Sequence record: OR670491.1 | Length of the DNA: 64,000 bases | Direction: 5' to 3' (one strand) | In this document: one piece after another, positions 11,062 through 19,942 of the stretch | How the letters are laid out: the number at the start of each line of letters is the position of its first letter | How positions within the stretch are numbered: the first letter of the stretch is position 1 | Position numbers and translations under genes: made by a program | Notes under the pieces: generated by a model | The model's database searches: none | What the model saw: only the letters and a program-made list of their open reading frames with translations | What the model was told of the DNA's origin: nothing

Positions 11062-12171
11062 TTATTTTGGTAAATCAATTTTAGTAAAGACTGCAACATC
11101 TGCACTTGCACCTGGAATGGCGTAATACGATCCAGTACTATATACATCCCCGTCTTTGGTTAATAATGATGTTAATCCGTCACTAAAAGCAACATCACTA
11201 ATCTCACTAACTTCTACAGGTAATTGTAAATTAGCAGCACTATAGATAGCACCCGTTTGAGAATTGTTTAATCCCAAACCACGGTTTCCCCCAATACCTT
11301 TCTGATATGCACTAGTTAATATAATTTGCGTAGCCGTGCTTGTTGCCTCTGAATTTGTCATAAACAAAGGTGAATTATTAGGTAAAGTACTTACAGGAAC
11401 TGCTTTGAATGTAGTTGAATCTGAACTAAGAAAGTTTGGAGTTGTACCACATGTGAAATATGATGTACCATTATAGTAATTGAGTGTATGACCACCAATA
11501 GCTGCATCTATTACACCAGAACTACGCAGTCCCCAAATGTTAACTTGTGTTCTGTTCCCTGTGCCATGTAATCCACGGTCATTCCACCCTGAACTATATA
11601 ACTTATTATCTATGCTAATATACATACTATCATTAGGAGTAGACATAACTTTACGCACATTAGAAGCACATAGTGTTAATGTATATATTGATGAAGAACC
11701 AATCCCCAATACACCACGGTATCCATTAGCCCCAGCACCATAGAGTACTGAACTTGAACTGAGTACAAATATTACACCACCATTGCATACAATATTAGCA
11801 ATTTGATTCACAGGAATTGTATTTGTAAACCACTCCGTTCTATCAACTAATGTAGTACTGTAAGAAGTTGTTGATGATGATGTGAACCAATATGTTTCAC
11901 CGGATGTCCATATCGTATTGTCATTTTTAATAATAACAAGTGTTCGTCCTCCAGTGAAAAAATTAGAAACATCTGCACTTACTAATGTCCAAGAAGATAC
12001 CGTGTTTTTATTACCATTTCCAGATTCACCACCTTGATTTCTGCCTATGTAATATAATTCATGTGAATCAGTCAATACGAATTGACCTTGTGTAGAAGCA
12101 CCAACTTTTATTATATTTTTAGGACCAGGTGTAATATTCCCATAATCAAACAGTCTTACAAAAGGTAACAT
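11062..12171 (-). CDS. RCC1/BLIP-II-like protein, paralog 8
   Basis: true start at MLPFVRLFDYGN (12171) behind GGAGGG RBS; GRNQGGESG, GWNDRGLHG. Confidence 0.85.
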   Translation of the reverse strand: MLPFVRLFDYGNITPGPKNIIKVGASTQGQFVLTDSHELYYIGRNQGGESGNGNKNTVSSWTLVSADVSNFFTGGRTLVIIKNDNTIWTSGETYWFTSSSTTSYSTTLVDRTEWFTNTIPVNQIANIVCNGGVIFVLSSSSVLYGAGANGYRGVLGIGSSSIYTLTLCASNVRKVMSTPNDSMYISIDNKLYSSGWNDRGLHGTGNRTQVNIWGLRSSGVIDAAIGGHTLNYYNGTSYFTCGTTPNFLSSDSTTFKAVPVSTLPNNSPLFMTNSEATSTATQIILTSAYQKGIGGNRGLGLNNSQTGAIYSAANLQLPVEVSEISDVAFSDGLTSLLTKDGDVYSTGSYYAIPGASADVAVFTKIDLPK

Positions 12172-12179
12172 ATTCCCTC

Positions 12180-13382
12180 CTATTGTTGCCATAACTGCGT
12201 TGGCATTAATGTTAGTGTAGTAATACTATAAGTGCCATCAGGCAATCTACCACCATTACCATTCCAGCCACCACATGCATATAATTTATAATCTTTAGTA
12301 ATTATTATGGTTCTGCTCCAATCTTTAGATGCCATAAGAACATTGTCATAACCACCACTTATTGCATTAAGATTAAAAATATTCCAAGTTCTAACTAATG
12401 TATTAGTTCCATTACCTTCTTGACCATATGAGTTAGCACCACTACTTCTAACATATGGTGCGTATTGTGCCATAGGTGCACCAATTGATGCATTTCCCAT
12501 ATTACTTGGACAAATAAAAGTACTGTACTTACTTACATCAACCGTGACCGATGTGTTCCTAATTGGTGTTAGCTGATTTACAGATGTAGTCGTACCATTA
12601 CCAGCTTGTCCAGTACTGTTAACCCCGCTATAATATACAGACCCACCAGTAATAAACCACCAAGTAACATCGTATGTAGTACTAATATGTTCTACATTAC
12701 TAATCACGAATTTGTTCAAATATACAACAGAACTACCACCACATCCACTTTCACCAAAGTTATCCTTACCACAAAACCATGCATCTTTATTTGATTTGAT
12801 ATAGTGCGTTCCTTGTAATGAACATGCCATATGTGTAACTTCACCCATATTAGTCATAACTGTTAGTGTAGGTATGGAATTTTTATTACCAGACCCACAT
12901 TCACCATTGGTATTTCTTCCACACGCAATTACTCTACCATCGGTTAATAATATTCTAGTACTTTCACCTATATATACACTCTTGATCATATTAGCCATAA
13001 CACCAATTTTATTAAATGAAGCAGTAACATCAGTCCATGTTCTCAAATAACCATTAACAGGTGTTGCATCTCCATAATCAGAAAATGCACCAACCGACCC
13101 AGTGTAGTATATTTTATTATCCAAATCAATCATCAATGAACCTTGAACACCAAGCCAAAAGGCTGCACATCGCGTTGCAAGTACTGTAAATGACGCAACT
13201 GCTGCTGAATTCCCAAGACCAAATTGATAAAAGTTATTACTACCATAACCATATAAAGTATTAGTTGGGCTATGTAGATACATACAGTTTGTATAATGTT
13301 GTTGTAAAACATTTGAGAACTCTATTGGTTCTGGCCCTGGTGCAATATTCGCGTACTTAACCATTCTAGCAAAAGGTAACAT
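12180..13382 (-). CDS. RCC1/BLIP-II-like protein, paralog 9
   Basis: GSNNFYQFG, GRNTNGECG, GVNSTGQAG, GANSYGQEG. Confidence 0.88.
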   Translation of the reverse strand: MLPFARMVKYANIAPGPEPIEFSNVLQQHYTNCMYLHSPTNTLYGYGSNNFYQFGLGNSAAVASFTVLATRCAAFWLGVQGSLMIDLDNKIYYTGSVGAFSDYGDATPVNGYLRTWTDVTASFNKIGVMANMIKSVYIGESTRILLTDGRVIACGRNTNGECGSGNKNSIPTLTVMTNMGEVTHMACSLQGTHYIKSNKDAWFCGKDNFGESGCGGSSVVYLNKFVISNVEHISTTYDVTWWFITGGSVYYSGVNSTGQAGNGTTTSVNQLTPIRNTSVTVDVSKYSTFICPSNMGNASIGAPMAQYAPYVRSSGANSYGQEGNGTNTLVRTWNIFNLNAISGGYDNVLMASKDWSRTIIITKDYKLYACGGWNGNGGRLPDGTYSITTLTLMPTQLWQQ

Positions 13383-13431
13383 ATTTTCCTCCTTTATTTG
13401 TTATATCATATTTACCCCAAAACAAAAACCC

Positions 13432-13460
13432 TTGACAACCTTTCTGGACTGATGTACAAT
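13432..13460 (+). promoter_or_regulatory. sigma70-type promoter
   Basis: TTGACA-17-TACAAT, divergent from RCC1 cluster. Confidence 0.8.
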
Positions 13461-13483
13461 AGAAAGAAATTAAGGAGAAATGT

Positions 13484-13729
13484 ATGAACAATTCAACAGA
13501 TCACTACCAAGAACTTAGTCAAAGTACTAAGAACTATATGAGCTACATGAACGCAGAAGATTTCGCAGTCTTCCTCGGAAAATTCTGTGCAATCAATACC
13601 CTCAAAAAAAGTACCAGTACTACAAGTGTACTTATGTTGAATTGCTTTATAGAGAACATCCTTGAGGAACTTCAAAGCCCTGACGAAAGTAAACGATTCA
13701 TGAACCTTTTGTTACTGGCCTCTATATGA
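13484..13729 (+). CDS. hypothetical protein
   Basis: AAGGAG RBS; follows promoter. Confidence 0.75.
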   Translation: MNNSTDHYQELSQSTKNYMSYMNAEDFAVFLGKFCAINTLKKSTSTTSVLMLNCFIENILEELQSPDESKRFMNLLLLASI

Positions 13730-13935
13730 CTCAAGAACAAATTATGCAGTACTACCTATGTGCTATATCAAAAGAACATCTGAATAGCATAGGGCATCAA
13801 CAAATTATACTTGCAAATGCGAAACGTTCGGCACTTCTGCTTAACTCCATCAGAAATAACCTCATAAGGAATTTTCTGGAAGGTAACGAATCTATGCAGT
13901 ACTATTTCATCTTAACACTACTAATCGAGTACTAA
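13726..13935 (+). CDS. family A microprotein
   Basis: QYY near N-term; YYFILTLLIEY C-term. Confidence 0.7.
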   Translation: MTQEQIMQYYLCAISKEHLNSIGHQQIILANAKRSALLLNSIRNNLIRNFLEGNESMQYYFILTLLIEY

Positions 13936-14139
13936 ATGAATAAAGAACAATTATTTCAGTACTATAAAAGTACTCTGTCCAAAGGTCTACAGGAAAGTAT
14001 AGCAGTTGAGTCTGCAATACTACAGAACCTTAATGCAGTAGAATTCACAAACAGAATCACCAGGCACGCACAAAATGCTTTACAAGGACATGAAACCTTG
14101 AGATACTATCACATCATCGTGCTTTGTATGGAGGTATAA
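13936..14139 (+). CDS. family A microprotein
   Basis: QYYK; YYHIIVL C-term. Confidence 0.7.
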   Translation: MNKEQLFQYYKSTLSKGLQESIAVESAILQNLNAVEFTNRITRHAQNALQGHETLRYYHIIVLCMEV

Positions 14140-14147
14140 CAGAACAA

Positions 14148-14339
14148 ATGAATCCAGAACATCTAGAGTACTACAAGACATTCATGAACCACAAGGATCA
14201 GTACAGTTACAATACTGCTATGGGGCATTTTCGATACCATACCAAAAAAATGCAAAAGCACACACTAACACTATGGACTGTACAAGCACAACGAGACGAA
14301 CTAAGATTGTGTGCTATAATTAAAATCCTGAACATCTAA
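14148..14339 (+). CDS. family A microprotein
   Basis: EHLEYYK; ATG 14148 behind GGAGG. Confidence 0.7.
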   Translation: MNPEHLEYYKTFMNHKDQYSYNTAMGHFRYHTKKMQKHTLTLWTVQAQRDELRLCAIIKILNI

Positions 14340-14347
14340 GGAATACT

Positions 14348-14539
14348 ATGTACGAGCACAAAGAACAGTACTTAAACACTCTACCTAAAGATATACAAAG
14401 AGCATTCCCTTGTGCTCCGTGGGATTTAAACAGTAAATGGGGTTTTATTGAGTTCTATAACGATGTATGTATTGTACTGGAAAGTAAGTCCCTCTCAATG
14501 CAGTACTGTTCAATCTTGAACCTAATTTTTAAGTACTAA
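14348..14539 (+). CDS. family A microprotein
   Basis: EHKEQY; YCSILNLIFKY. Confidence 0.75.
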   Translation: MYEHKEQYLNTLPKDIQRAFPCAPWDLNSKWGFIEFYNDVCIVLESKSLSMQYCSILNLIFKY

Positions 14540-14543
14540 AACT

Positions 14544-14723
14544 ATGCAAACATTCTATACAGATAGACTAAGCCTTAGAGATACTTTTATGTACGAAACC
14601 TTTGTTAAGTACTATAACTTAGGTACTCCAATTACAAAGAATATTAATCTACAGCACTGCACACACTCAGCAGTACATGACCACGATCCGTACAGATACA
14701 TCTTAGCCCTTTTAAGTATATAA
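14544..14723 (+). CDS. family A-like microprotein (59 aa, absent from ORF track)
   Basis: MQTFYTDRL...YRYILALLSI translated by hand. Confidence 0.55.
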   Translation: MQTFYTDRLSLRDTFMYETFVKYYNLGTPITKNINLQHCTHSAVHDHDPYRYILALLSI

Positions 14724-14732
14724 GGAACACTA

Positions 14733-15407
14733 ATGAAACTCAATAATTACAGTAAACAATACCTAAAGCATTTTAAGTACCTCAAAAGCATTAAGGCTGA
14801 ATCTATCACCAGCAGCTACGTTTACAGCCCTAATGTACTAAAACAATTAAAGTACAAGAAAGAAAAAGTATCAAAGAACCTCAAAAAGTTTCTTAAGCAC
14901 AAAGACGCAAAGATTCAGTACTTGAACATTAAAAACGATCATCCAGTACTAAGCCTCAATACAAGTCTAAAGAATCTGGATAACTCTTCATTTATGCTTG
15001 AGTTCAATATAAATGAAAATACTCCAGCGGTTTTTACAATTGCGTATAATAAAGCACAAATCTTTTTAGGTGCAAAAACCGCACTTAAACTCAGTAAAGC
15101 ACAATTCTGTTTAGGTGACCAGTACTACGTAGGTAGTGTACATATTGAACTCGAAAAAGATATGTACTTCGGTAGTACCCACGATAATCCAGAACATAAA
15201 GATACTATTGACTTCTTCAGGAATCTCCCTAAAGAGTATTCAGAAGATGAAATGTTCCAGTGGAGTACTATTATTAAAGACCCACATCTTTGCTACGAAG
15301 TGTATAAGAAAGTACAAGGGATTAAACAAATGATTAAAGAAAATAAAAAAATGTACCAACTCTTGCAGTTCTTAACCGGAGAAAATCTAATTGTTCAAAG
15401 ACCATAA
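14733..15407 (+). CDS. family C (FQxS motif) protein
   Basis: EDEMFQWSTII. Confidence 0.75.
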   Translation: MKLNNYSKQYLKHFKYLKSIKAESITSSYVYSPNVLKQLKYKKEKVSKNLKKFLKHKDAKIQYLNIKNDHPVLSLNTSLKNLDNSSFMLEFNINENTPAVFTIAYNKAQIFLGAKTALKLSKAQFCLGDQYYVGSVHIELEKDMYFGSTHDNPEHKDTIDFFRNLPKEYSEDEMFQWSTIIKDPHLCYEVYKKVQGIKQMIKENKKMYQLLQFLTGENLIVQRP

Positions 15408-15585
15408 AGAGTACTACAGAAATCAACTCCCAAAGGAATGGCAAATAACATTAGAAACTAACCTAGCACAGATATATACCCAGAAGTTTCTTGCTATGAC
15501 ATGGGAGCACTGCATTGAGTCAGTACTGAATTCTTCAAATGAATCACAATATCTCAATACTCTTTTACTTGTATATAAATTCTAA
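15391..15585 (+). CDS. family A microprotein
   Basis: TTG start behind GGAG; DHKEYY; YLNTLLLVYKF. Confidence 0.7.
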   Translation: MFKDHKEYYRNQLPKEWQITLETNLAQIYTQKFLAMTWEHCIESVLNSSNESQYLNTLLLVYKF

Positions 15586-15598
15586 AAAGGAATAACAA

Positions 15599-15805
15599 AT
15601 GCAATTCCATGAACATATGGAGTACTACAGAAAACAACTACCAGAACCTTTATCGATGATAATCGGTTCCAGAAGTTTAATAAGTAATCCCAATTTTCAT
15701 ATGCGTAGTCACTATAAATGTACTGCTTCAATTTGTAATGGAACTGCTCACAATGAACCGCACCAGCATCTATACCAAATCCTTAAACTAATATATCAGT
15801 ACTAA
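15599..15805 (+). CDS. family A microprotein
   Basis: EHMEYY; LYQILKLIYQY. Confidence 0.75.
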   Translation: MQFHEHMEYYRKQLPEPLSMIIGSRSLISNPNFHMRSHYKCTASICNGTAHNEPHQHLYQILKLIYQY

Positions 15806-15808
15806 ATT

Positions 15809-16000
15809 ATGCACGAATATAAAGAGTACTACAAAGATAAAATCCCAAAGTTTCTACAATACCAAATACCAGATGCTGCACTAGGAATAAATGATGTGCA
15901 CACCTGTACAAGATTCTATCAATGCACTGAAAGTTTTCTGGTAGATGATTATGACCAATGCAAGGTGTACTATGTTATTTCACTAATATATAGGTACTAA
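15809..16000 (+). CDS. family A microprotein
   Basis: EYKEYY; YYVISLIYRY. Confidence 0.75.
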   Translation: MHEYKEYYKDKIPKFLQYQIPDAALGINDVHTCTRFYQCTESFLVDDYDQCKVYYVISLIYRY

Positions 16001-16003
16001 ATC

Positions 16004-16183
16004 ATGCACAACGATTTCTATATACAAAAACTTATCGACGCTGGCCTGGAAAGCTTCCCGATAAATCCTGTACAAACAAAAGGATTGCACTGGTACTTCA
16101 TCCCCTGTACTAAAGCATGTATAAACCCCAGCAATTACAAGGATCTATACCACAATATATTAATACTCGCATTGAGGTACTAA
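16004..16183 (+). CDS. family A microprotein (59 aa, absent from ORF track)
   Basis: MHNDFYIQKL...LYHNILILALRY translated by hand. Confidence 0.65.
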   Translation: MHNDFYIQKLIDAGLESFPINPVQTKGLHWYFIPCTKACINPSNYKDLYHNILILALRY

Positions 16184-16186
16184 ATT

Positions 16187-16369
16187 ATGCAAGAACACTT
16201 GGAGTACTACAGAAGCCATCTCCCAAAGAAGGCACAAAGAAACTTCGACCAACAATATATAAACCAAAAGAATCAGTTCTATAATGCATTCTATTCGTCT
16301 ATGAAAACTATTGCTATACAAGGCAAAGACCCGTACTATAGCATCCTGAACATCATCTTCAAGTACTAA
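16187..16369 (+). CDS. family A microprotein
   Basis: EHLEYY; YYSILNIIFKY. Confidence 0.75.
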   Translation: MQEHLEYYRSHLPKKAQRNFDQQYINQKNQFYNAFYSSMKTIAIQGKDPYYSILNIIFKY

Positions 16370-16372
16370 AGC

Positions 16373-16558
16373 ATGTACAGAGACTTCTATATAAGTAAAC
16401 TTAATCCTGTACTACAAACTCGTATTCCTCCAGCGAAATTTATCCTCAAAACAAAAGCACAAAGGTATGAGTTCAAAAAGTGTACAAAAGAAATACTCAG
16501 TACTAAAAGTAATAAGAACATATACTATCAAGTACTCGTCCTTATATTCAAGTACTAA
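16373..16558 (+). CDS. family A microprotein
   Basis: YYQVLVLIFKY. Confidence 0.75.
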   Translation: MYRDFYISKLNPVLQTRIPPAKFILKTKAQRYEFKKCTKEILSTKSNKNIYYQVLVLIFKY

Positions 16559-16578
16559 AGTACTAAAGGAATAAACAT

Positions 16579-16773
16579 ATGCAACACCAGCACAAATTGT
16601 ACTACACGCAATTTCTTAATCAGCAACTACAACAATTTATACCTAATGAACCATTACCATATGATCATCCCCTGGGTGCACGCGTTTTCAAAAGAACTAT
16701 TAATGAACTATTGAGTACTACCGACGACGATTCCCTGTACTACTGCTTAATTAAACTTATATATAGGCACTAA
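16579..16773 (+). CDS. family A microprotein
   Basis: QHKLYY; YYCLIKLIYRH. Confidence 0.75.
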   Translation: MQHQHKLYYTQFLNQQLQQFIPNEPLPYDHPLGARVFKRTINELLSTTDDDSLYYCLIKLIYRH

Positions 16774-16774
16774 T

Positions 16775-16969
16775 ATGCAACTCCTGCACAGAGAATACTA
16801 CACACAATTCCTTAAAGAGAACTACAGAGATTCAGTCCCCGTAACTCCTTTTGACCCAAATAACCCAAGTTCAATCTTCCTCTTTAACGACGCAACACGT
16901 ACTGCACTCTGTACTACCAATAAACATTGGCACTACGCATTTGTACTTATACTTATATACAGACACTAA
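16775..16969 (+). CDS. family A microprotein
   Basis: LHREYY; VLILIYRH. Confidence 0.75.
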   Translation: MQLLHREYYTQFLKENYRDSVPVTPFDPNNPSSIFLFNDATRTALCTTNKHWHYAFVLILIYRH

Positions 16970-16978
16970 GGCACTAAC

Positions 16979-17164
16979 ATGAATGAGCACAGAGAGTACT
17001 ACATAAAGAGACTTCACCCCGACCTACGAGATACTATACCATTCGTTCCACATAATATACATGAACCCGTAGTGCAGTACTACTTTAATATAACAGTACA
17101 AGCCGCATTAAGTGAATATAGACTTGAGTACTTCACTGTACTAAAACTTATATATAAGTACTAA
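16979..17164 (+). CDS. family A microprotein
   Basis: EHREYY; YFTVLKLIYKY. Confidence 0.75.
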   Translation: MNEHREYYIKRLHPDLRDTIPFVPHNIHEPVVQYYFNITVQAALSEYRLEYFTVLKLIYKY

Positions 17165-17168
17165 CCCC

Positions 17169-17196
17169 TTGACATATACTCCAAGAATGATATACT
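17169..17196 (+). promoter_or_regulatory. sigma70-type promoter
   Basis: TTGACA-16-TATACT. Confidence 0.65.
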
Positions 17197-17229
17197 ACTT
17201 TCTATATAGAAACAATACAGAGATAACAT

Positions 17230-17439
17230 ATGCACGAACATAAAGATTTCTATGTAAGCCAACTCCCCGTAATAGACCAATTCTGGTTAGCTGATGCAGC
17301 ACCGTGTAATACAGATACTAAGTACGGACAATTGTGCTTTGTTGAATCTATAAAGAAAGTACTACAACAAGATAAAACTAAGTACCGTAAAGAAAAAGAC
17401 TTGTACTTTAATATAGTAGAACTTACCTTTATGTTCTAG
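17230..17439 (+). CDS. family A microprotein
   Basis: EHKDFY; YFNIVELTFMF. Confidence 0.7.
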   Translation: MHEHKDFYVSQLPVIDQFWLADAAPCNTDTKYGQLCFVESIKKVLQQDKTKYRKEKDLYFNIVELTFMF

Positions 17440-18580
17440 TATAGAGAATAGTACAGGATACTAAGGTCTAGATGTGTTCCTAGGGAAGCATTATAACAGG
17501 CTTTAACATCTCGTAAAGATGTTAAAATTCAGCCTGCTCGACGTCTGAATTGTTAAAATTCAGCCTGGACAAATGCGATCACTAGGATTCTATCTAGGCT
17601 GAATCCCGTAATCACAAGTACGCATATGTAATCATATATAAACATTTCCGTGAGAAGTTTTGAGTACTGTATAGTATTAAGAATCACCGTAGGAGCACAG
17701 AATGATTAAGAATGCACGGGAATGATTCAGAATGATTCAGTACTGATATGTCACTAAGTAGGCAGAGGAAGTCTGCCGTACTTTTTAGTTTCCAAGCTCC
17801 TTTTCCATTTTTCAAATTACATCAAATGCAATCAAAAGTAATCACGCAATGATTAGTACTGAATTATTACTTTCACCTTAATTTCAAATACCCGTTGACC
17901 CTTCGGGGTAAAATTCCATTACCCCTTGAGGCTCCAGCAAAAAGTTGGTTAGTACTCCATCCTAAATCTCGATCCTAAAAATTTTGGAGTACCTATGAAA
18001 TAAAAGTTGGATCTTCGAAAGTTGAAATTTACGTTGGGATGATTAGGATTTGTGAACTATAATGTAGTTCAAGTTGGAGTACAGAGTGAGAACAATCTAG
18101 AGTACTGAAAGATGAAATAACATCTTGACAATACAATTCAGTACTGTATAATGTTGTACATAGGGTGAGGGAACGGCGGCAACTGTTCCTTAATCTCAGT
18201 ATCATGTCGTGAGACATTACGCAAGTTATATCCTCCTGTGCATAGTGCTGGTGGTTATCTCTTGAACCTCATTTTTTCTCGTGAACTAAACAGTACTGAT
18301 ATTAACAGAATGGTAGCAGTACTGATATTAATCTAATGCATTATGCCACCAGCTTGTGCTGGTGGATTCCCTCTAACAGTATTCAGTACTACATGATGGT
18401 CTTCATCCTCCTGGGGTAACATAGTGAAGGTTATGATGGCAGTACTGAATACTCCAAACTCAAGATGGATTAAGGGTGTAGTACTGACGGATTTTGGGTG
18501 TAGTTACCCTGGATGGATTTTGGACGTAGATATGTCTAGCCCTCCAGAAGTCTGGAAGTAAAGATGGCTATCCATCTAGA

Positions 18581-18652
18581 CGGCTAAACGGCTAGATTTC
18601 TGGATGGCTGGACGTTTGGACGGCTAAACGGCTAAACGGCTAAACGGCTAAA
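18581..18652. repeat. CGGCTAAA 8-bp tandem repeat
   Basis: four perfect copies 18621-18652, a further copy at 18581. Confidence 0.95.
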
Positions 18653-18849
18653 CGTCTGGATGTATGGATGGCTAAATCAAAATTTTATTTTGTTTTTTCC
18701 AATAGTTCCCCTACCGCGTGGGGATAGTTTCCCCGCAGTATCTGGTGTTAGATTTTTCTGAATCTGGAATCATTATCTTATAAACTGGGGGCAATGTCAA
18801 CGGCCTGGACGGATATTTTTAAAAATTTTTTCAGTACTGAATTTTGGGC

Positions 18850-18925
18850 GTAACTATGCACCCGGTGGGCTTGAGTCTTTCTCGACTTGATGGAACTATT
18901 ATACAGTACTGAAAAAATAAAGCAA
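18850..18925 (-). promoter_or_regulatory. leftward promoter followed by CCCA-GGGTGC element
   Basis: minus strand TTGCTT-16-TATAAT then AAGCCCACCGGGTGCATAGTTAC. Confidence 0.65.
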
Positions 18926-19300
18926 TACCCTGGAAGCAAAAAAGTTTTAATTAATTTGCTTGCTATCCTGGGCCGGACTATGGTACTATATTTCAGTACT
19001 GAGAAAGTGCGTTTACCTGCTAGGGTGCGGGAGTGTATCCTTTTTTTATATCTTGAATTTTGGACGGATCTTCCCACCCCCTGGGGTATCCGCTTTCTCG
19101 CGTCTATGTAGTAATTATACGCTTTTTCAGGATCAAGTCAATACCTAAAAACAAAATAATTGAAAATAATTTAACGCGTTTAAACGGCCCGTAACGCCCT
19201 GGAATGATTAGAATGGTGCAAATGTATAGCTTAGGTGTATTAATGCGTTAGAATGCGTCTGAGGCCGTTTTATGGGGTGTAGTAGTGATTTGGTTGATTC

Positions 19301-19465
19301 AGTACTGAATAATAGTACTCCTATATAGAAAGATAGTTCCCCTGGATTGATTCAGTACTGAATGATAGTACTGAATAATAGTACTCCTATATAGAAAGAT
19401 AGTTCCCCTGGATTGATTCAGTACTGAATGATAGTACTGAATAATAGTTCCCCTATATAGAAAGA
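19301..19465. repeat. 66-bp tandem repeat, about 2.5 copies
   Basis: units start at 19301, 19367, 19433; first two units carry three AGTACT each. Confidence 0.9.
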
Positions 19466-19579
19466 AAACTATTTTAAAAGTATTTGTAGAAAGTACTTGC
19501 ACAGTACTGATAAAAGCGTATAATGTTTTACATCGAGAGCGGGAACTCTTCCCGCTACACTTTAAGAGAGATTAATACG

Positions 19580-19942
19580 ATGGCGACTCAAATCACTAAA
19601 ATCATTGCTAACCTGGTTAACTTCCGCGACGATATGAAAGATCTTCCGGCGGCAACGGTTAAAACTCACATTGACGCATACCGCGAACTGATTAAAATGC
19701 TGCCGCTTAAGCGTGAACAATACGCCGCCACCGTGATGCTTGATGCGATGATCCATAAGATGATCGCCAGTGATTTAACGATGGCTTATCAGTATATGGG
19801 TGAATTGTTCGCGGTGTATAGTAAACCAGTACCAGGAATGGAAAGTACAGAAGTATTACACGGTTTAAATTTAAAACAAGATGCATGGGATAATATGCCT
19901 CGTTTCCTGGTATGGGCTGACAGTGGCAAAATTTACGAATAA
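19580..19942 (+). CDS. hypothetical protein
   Basis: ATG 19580 behind promoter/stem-loop cassette. Confidence 0.75.
   Translation: MATQITKIIANLVNFRDDMKDLPAATVKTHIDAYRELIKMLPLKREQYAATVMLDAMIHKMIASDLTMAYQYMGELFAVYSKPVPGMESTEVLHGLNLKQDAWDNMPRFLVWADSGKIYE

Larger units (their letters stand above)
3320..13420 (-). repeat. dispersed ~70 bp intergenic cassette (terminator + TAAATAnnnTATAAY + AAAGGAG RBS) upstream of RCC1-like genes
   Basis: near-identical copies at 3320-3396, 5991-6062, 9736-9811, 10992-11061; diverged at 4573-4646, 7215-7285, 8477-8553, 13383-13420. Confidence 0.8.
17440..19490. other. ~2 kb non-coding, repeat-rich region
   Basis: no ORF with RBS or family resemblance; several short repeat sets. 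Confidence 0.7.

Noticed and set aside
2114-13382. Diversity-generating retroelement acting on the propeller genes
   Set aside because: No reverse transcriptase and no template/variable repeat pair differing only at adenines was seen in this window.
13484-17439. Apparent C-over-G skew on the coding strand relative to the 44-64 kb genes, suggesting a replication switch
   Set aside because: Only a few lines were counted and the signal was inconsistent on the right side; a cumulative skew computation is needed.
18029-19148. ORFs 18029..18217, 18778..19077, 18887..19111, 18960..19148
   Set aside because: No convincing RBS, atypical composition, mutually overlapping, and they cross promoter and repeat elements.
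17440-19300. tRNA or tmRNA genes in the non-coding gap
   Set aside because: No T-loop GTTCRA with cloverleaf stems was found by eye; tRNAscan-SE or ARAGORN would settle it.
19299-19502. Minus-strand ORF with repeated 22-aa unit
   Set aside because: It is simply the translation of the 66-bp tandem repeat and lacks an RBS.
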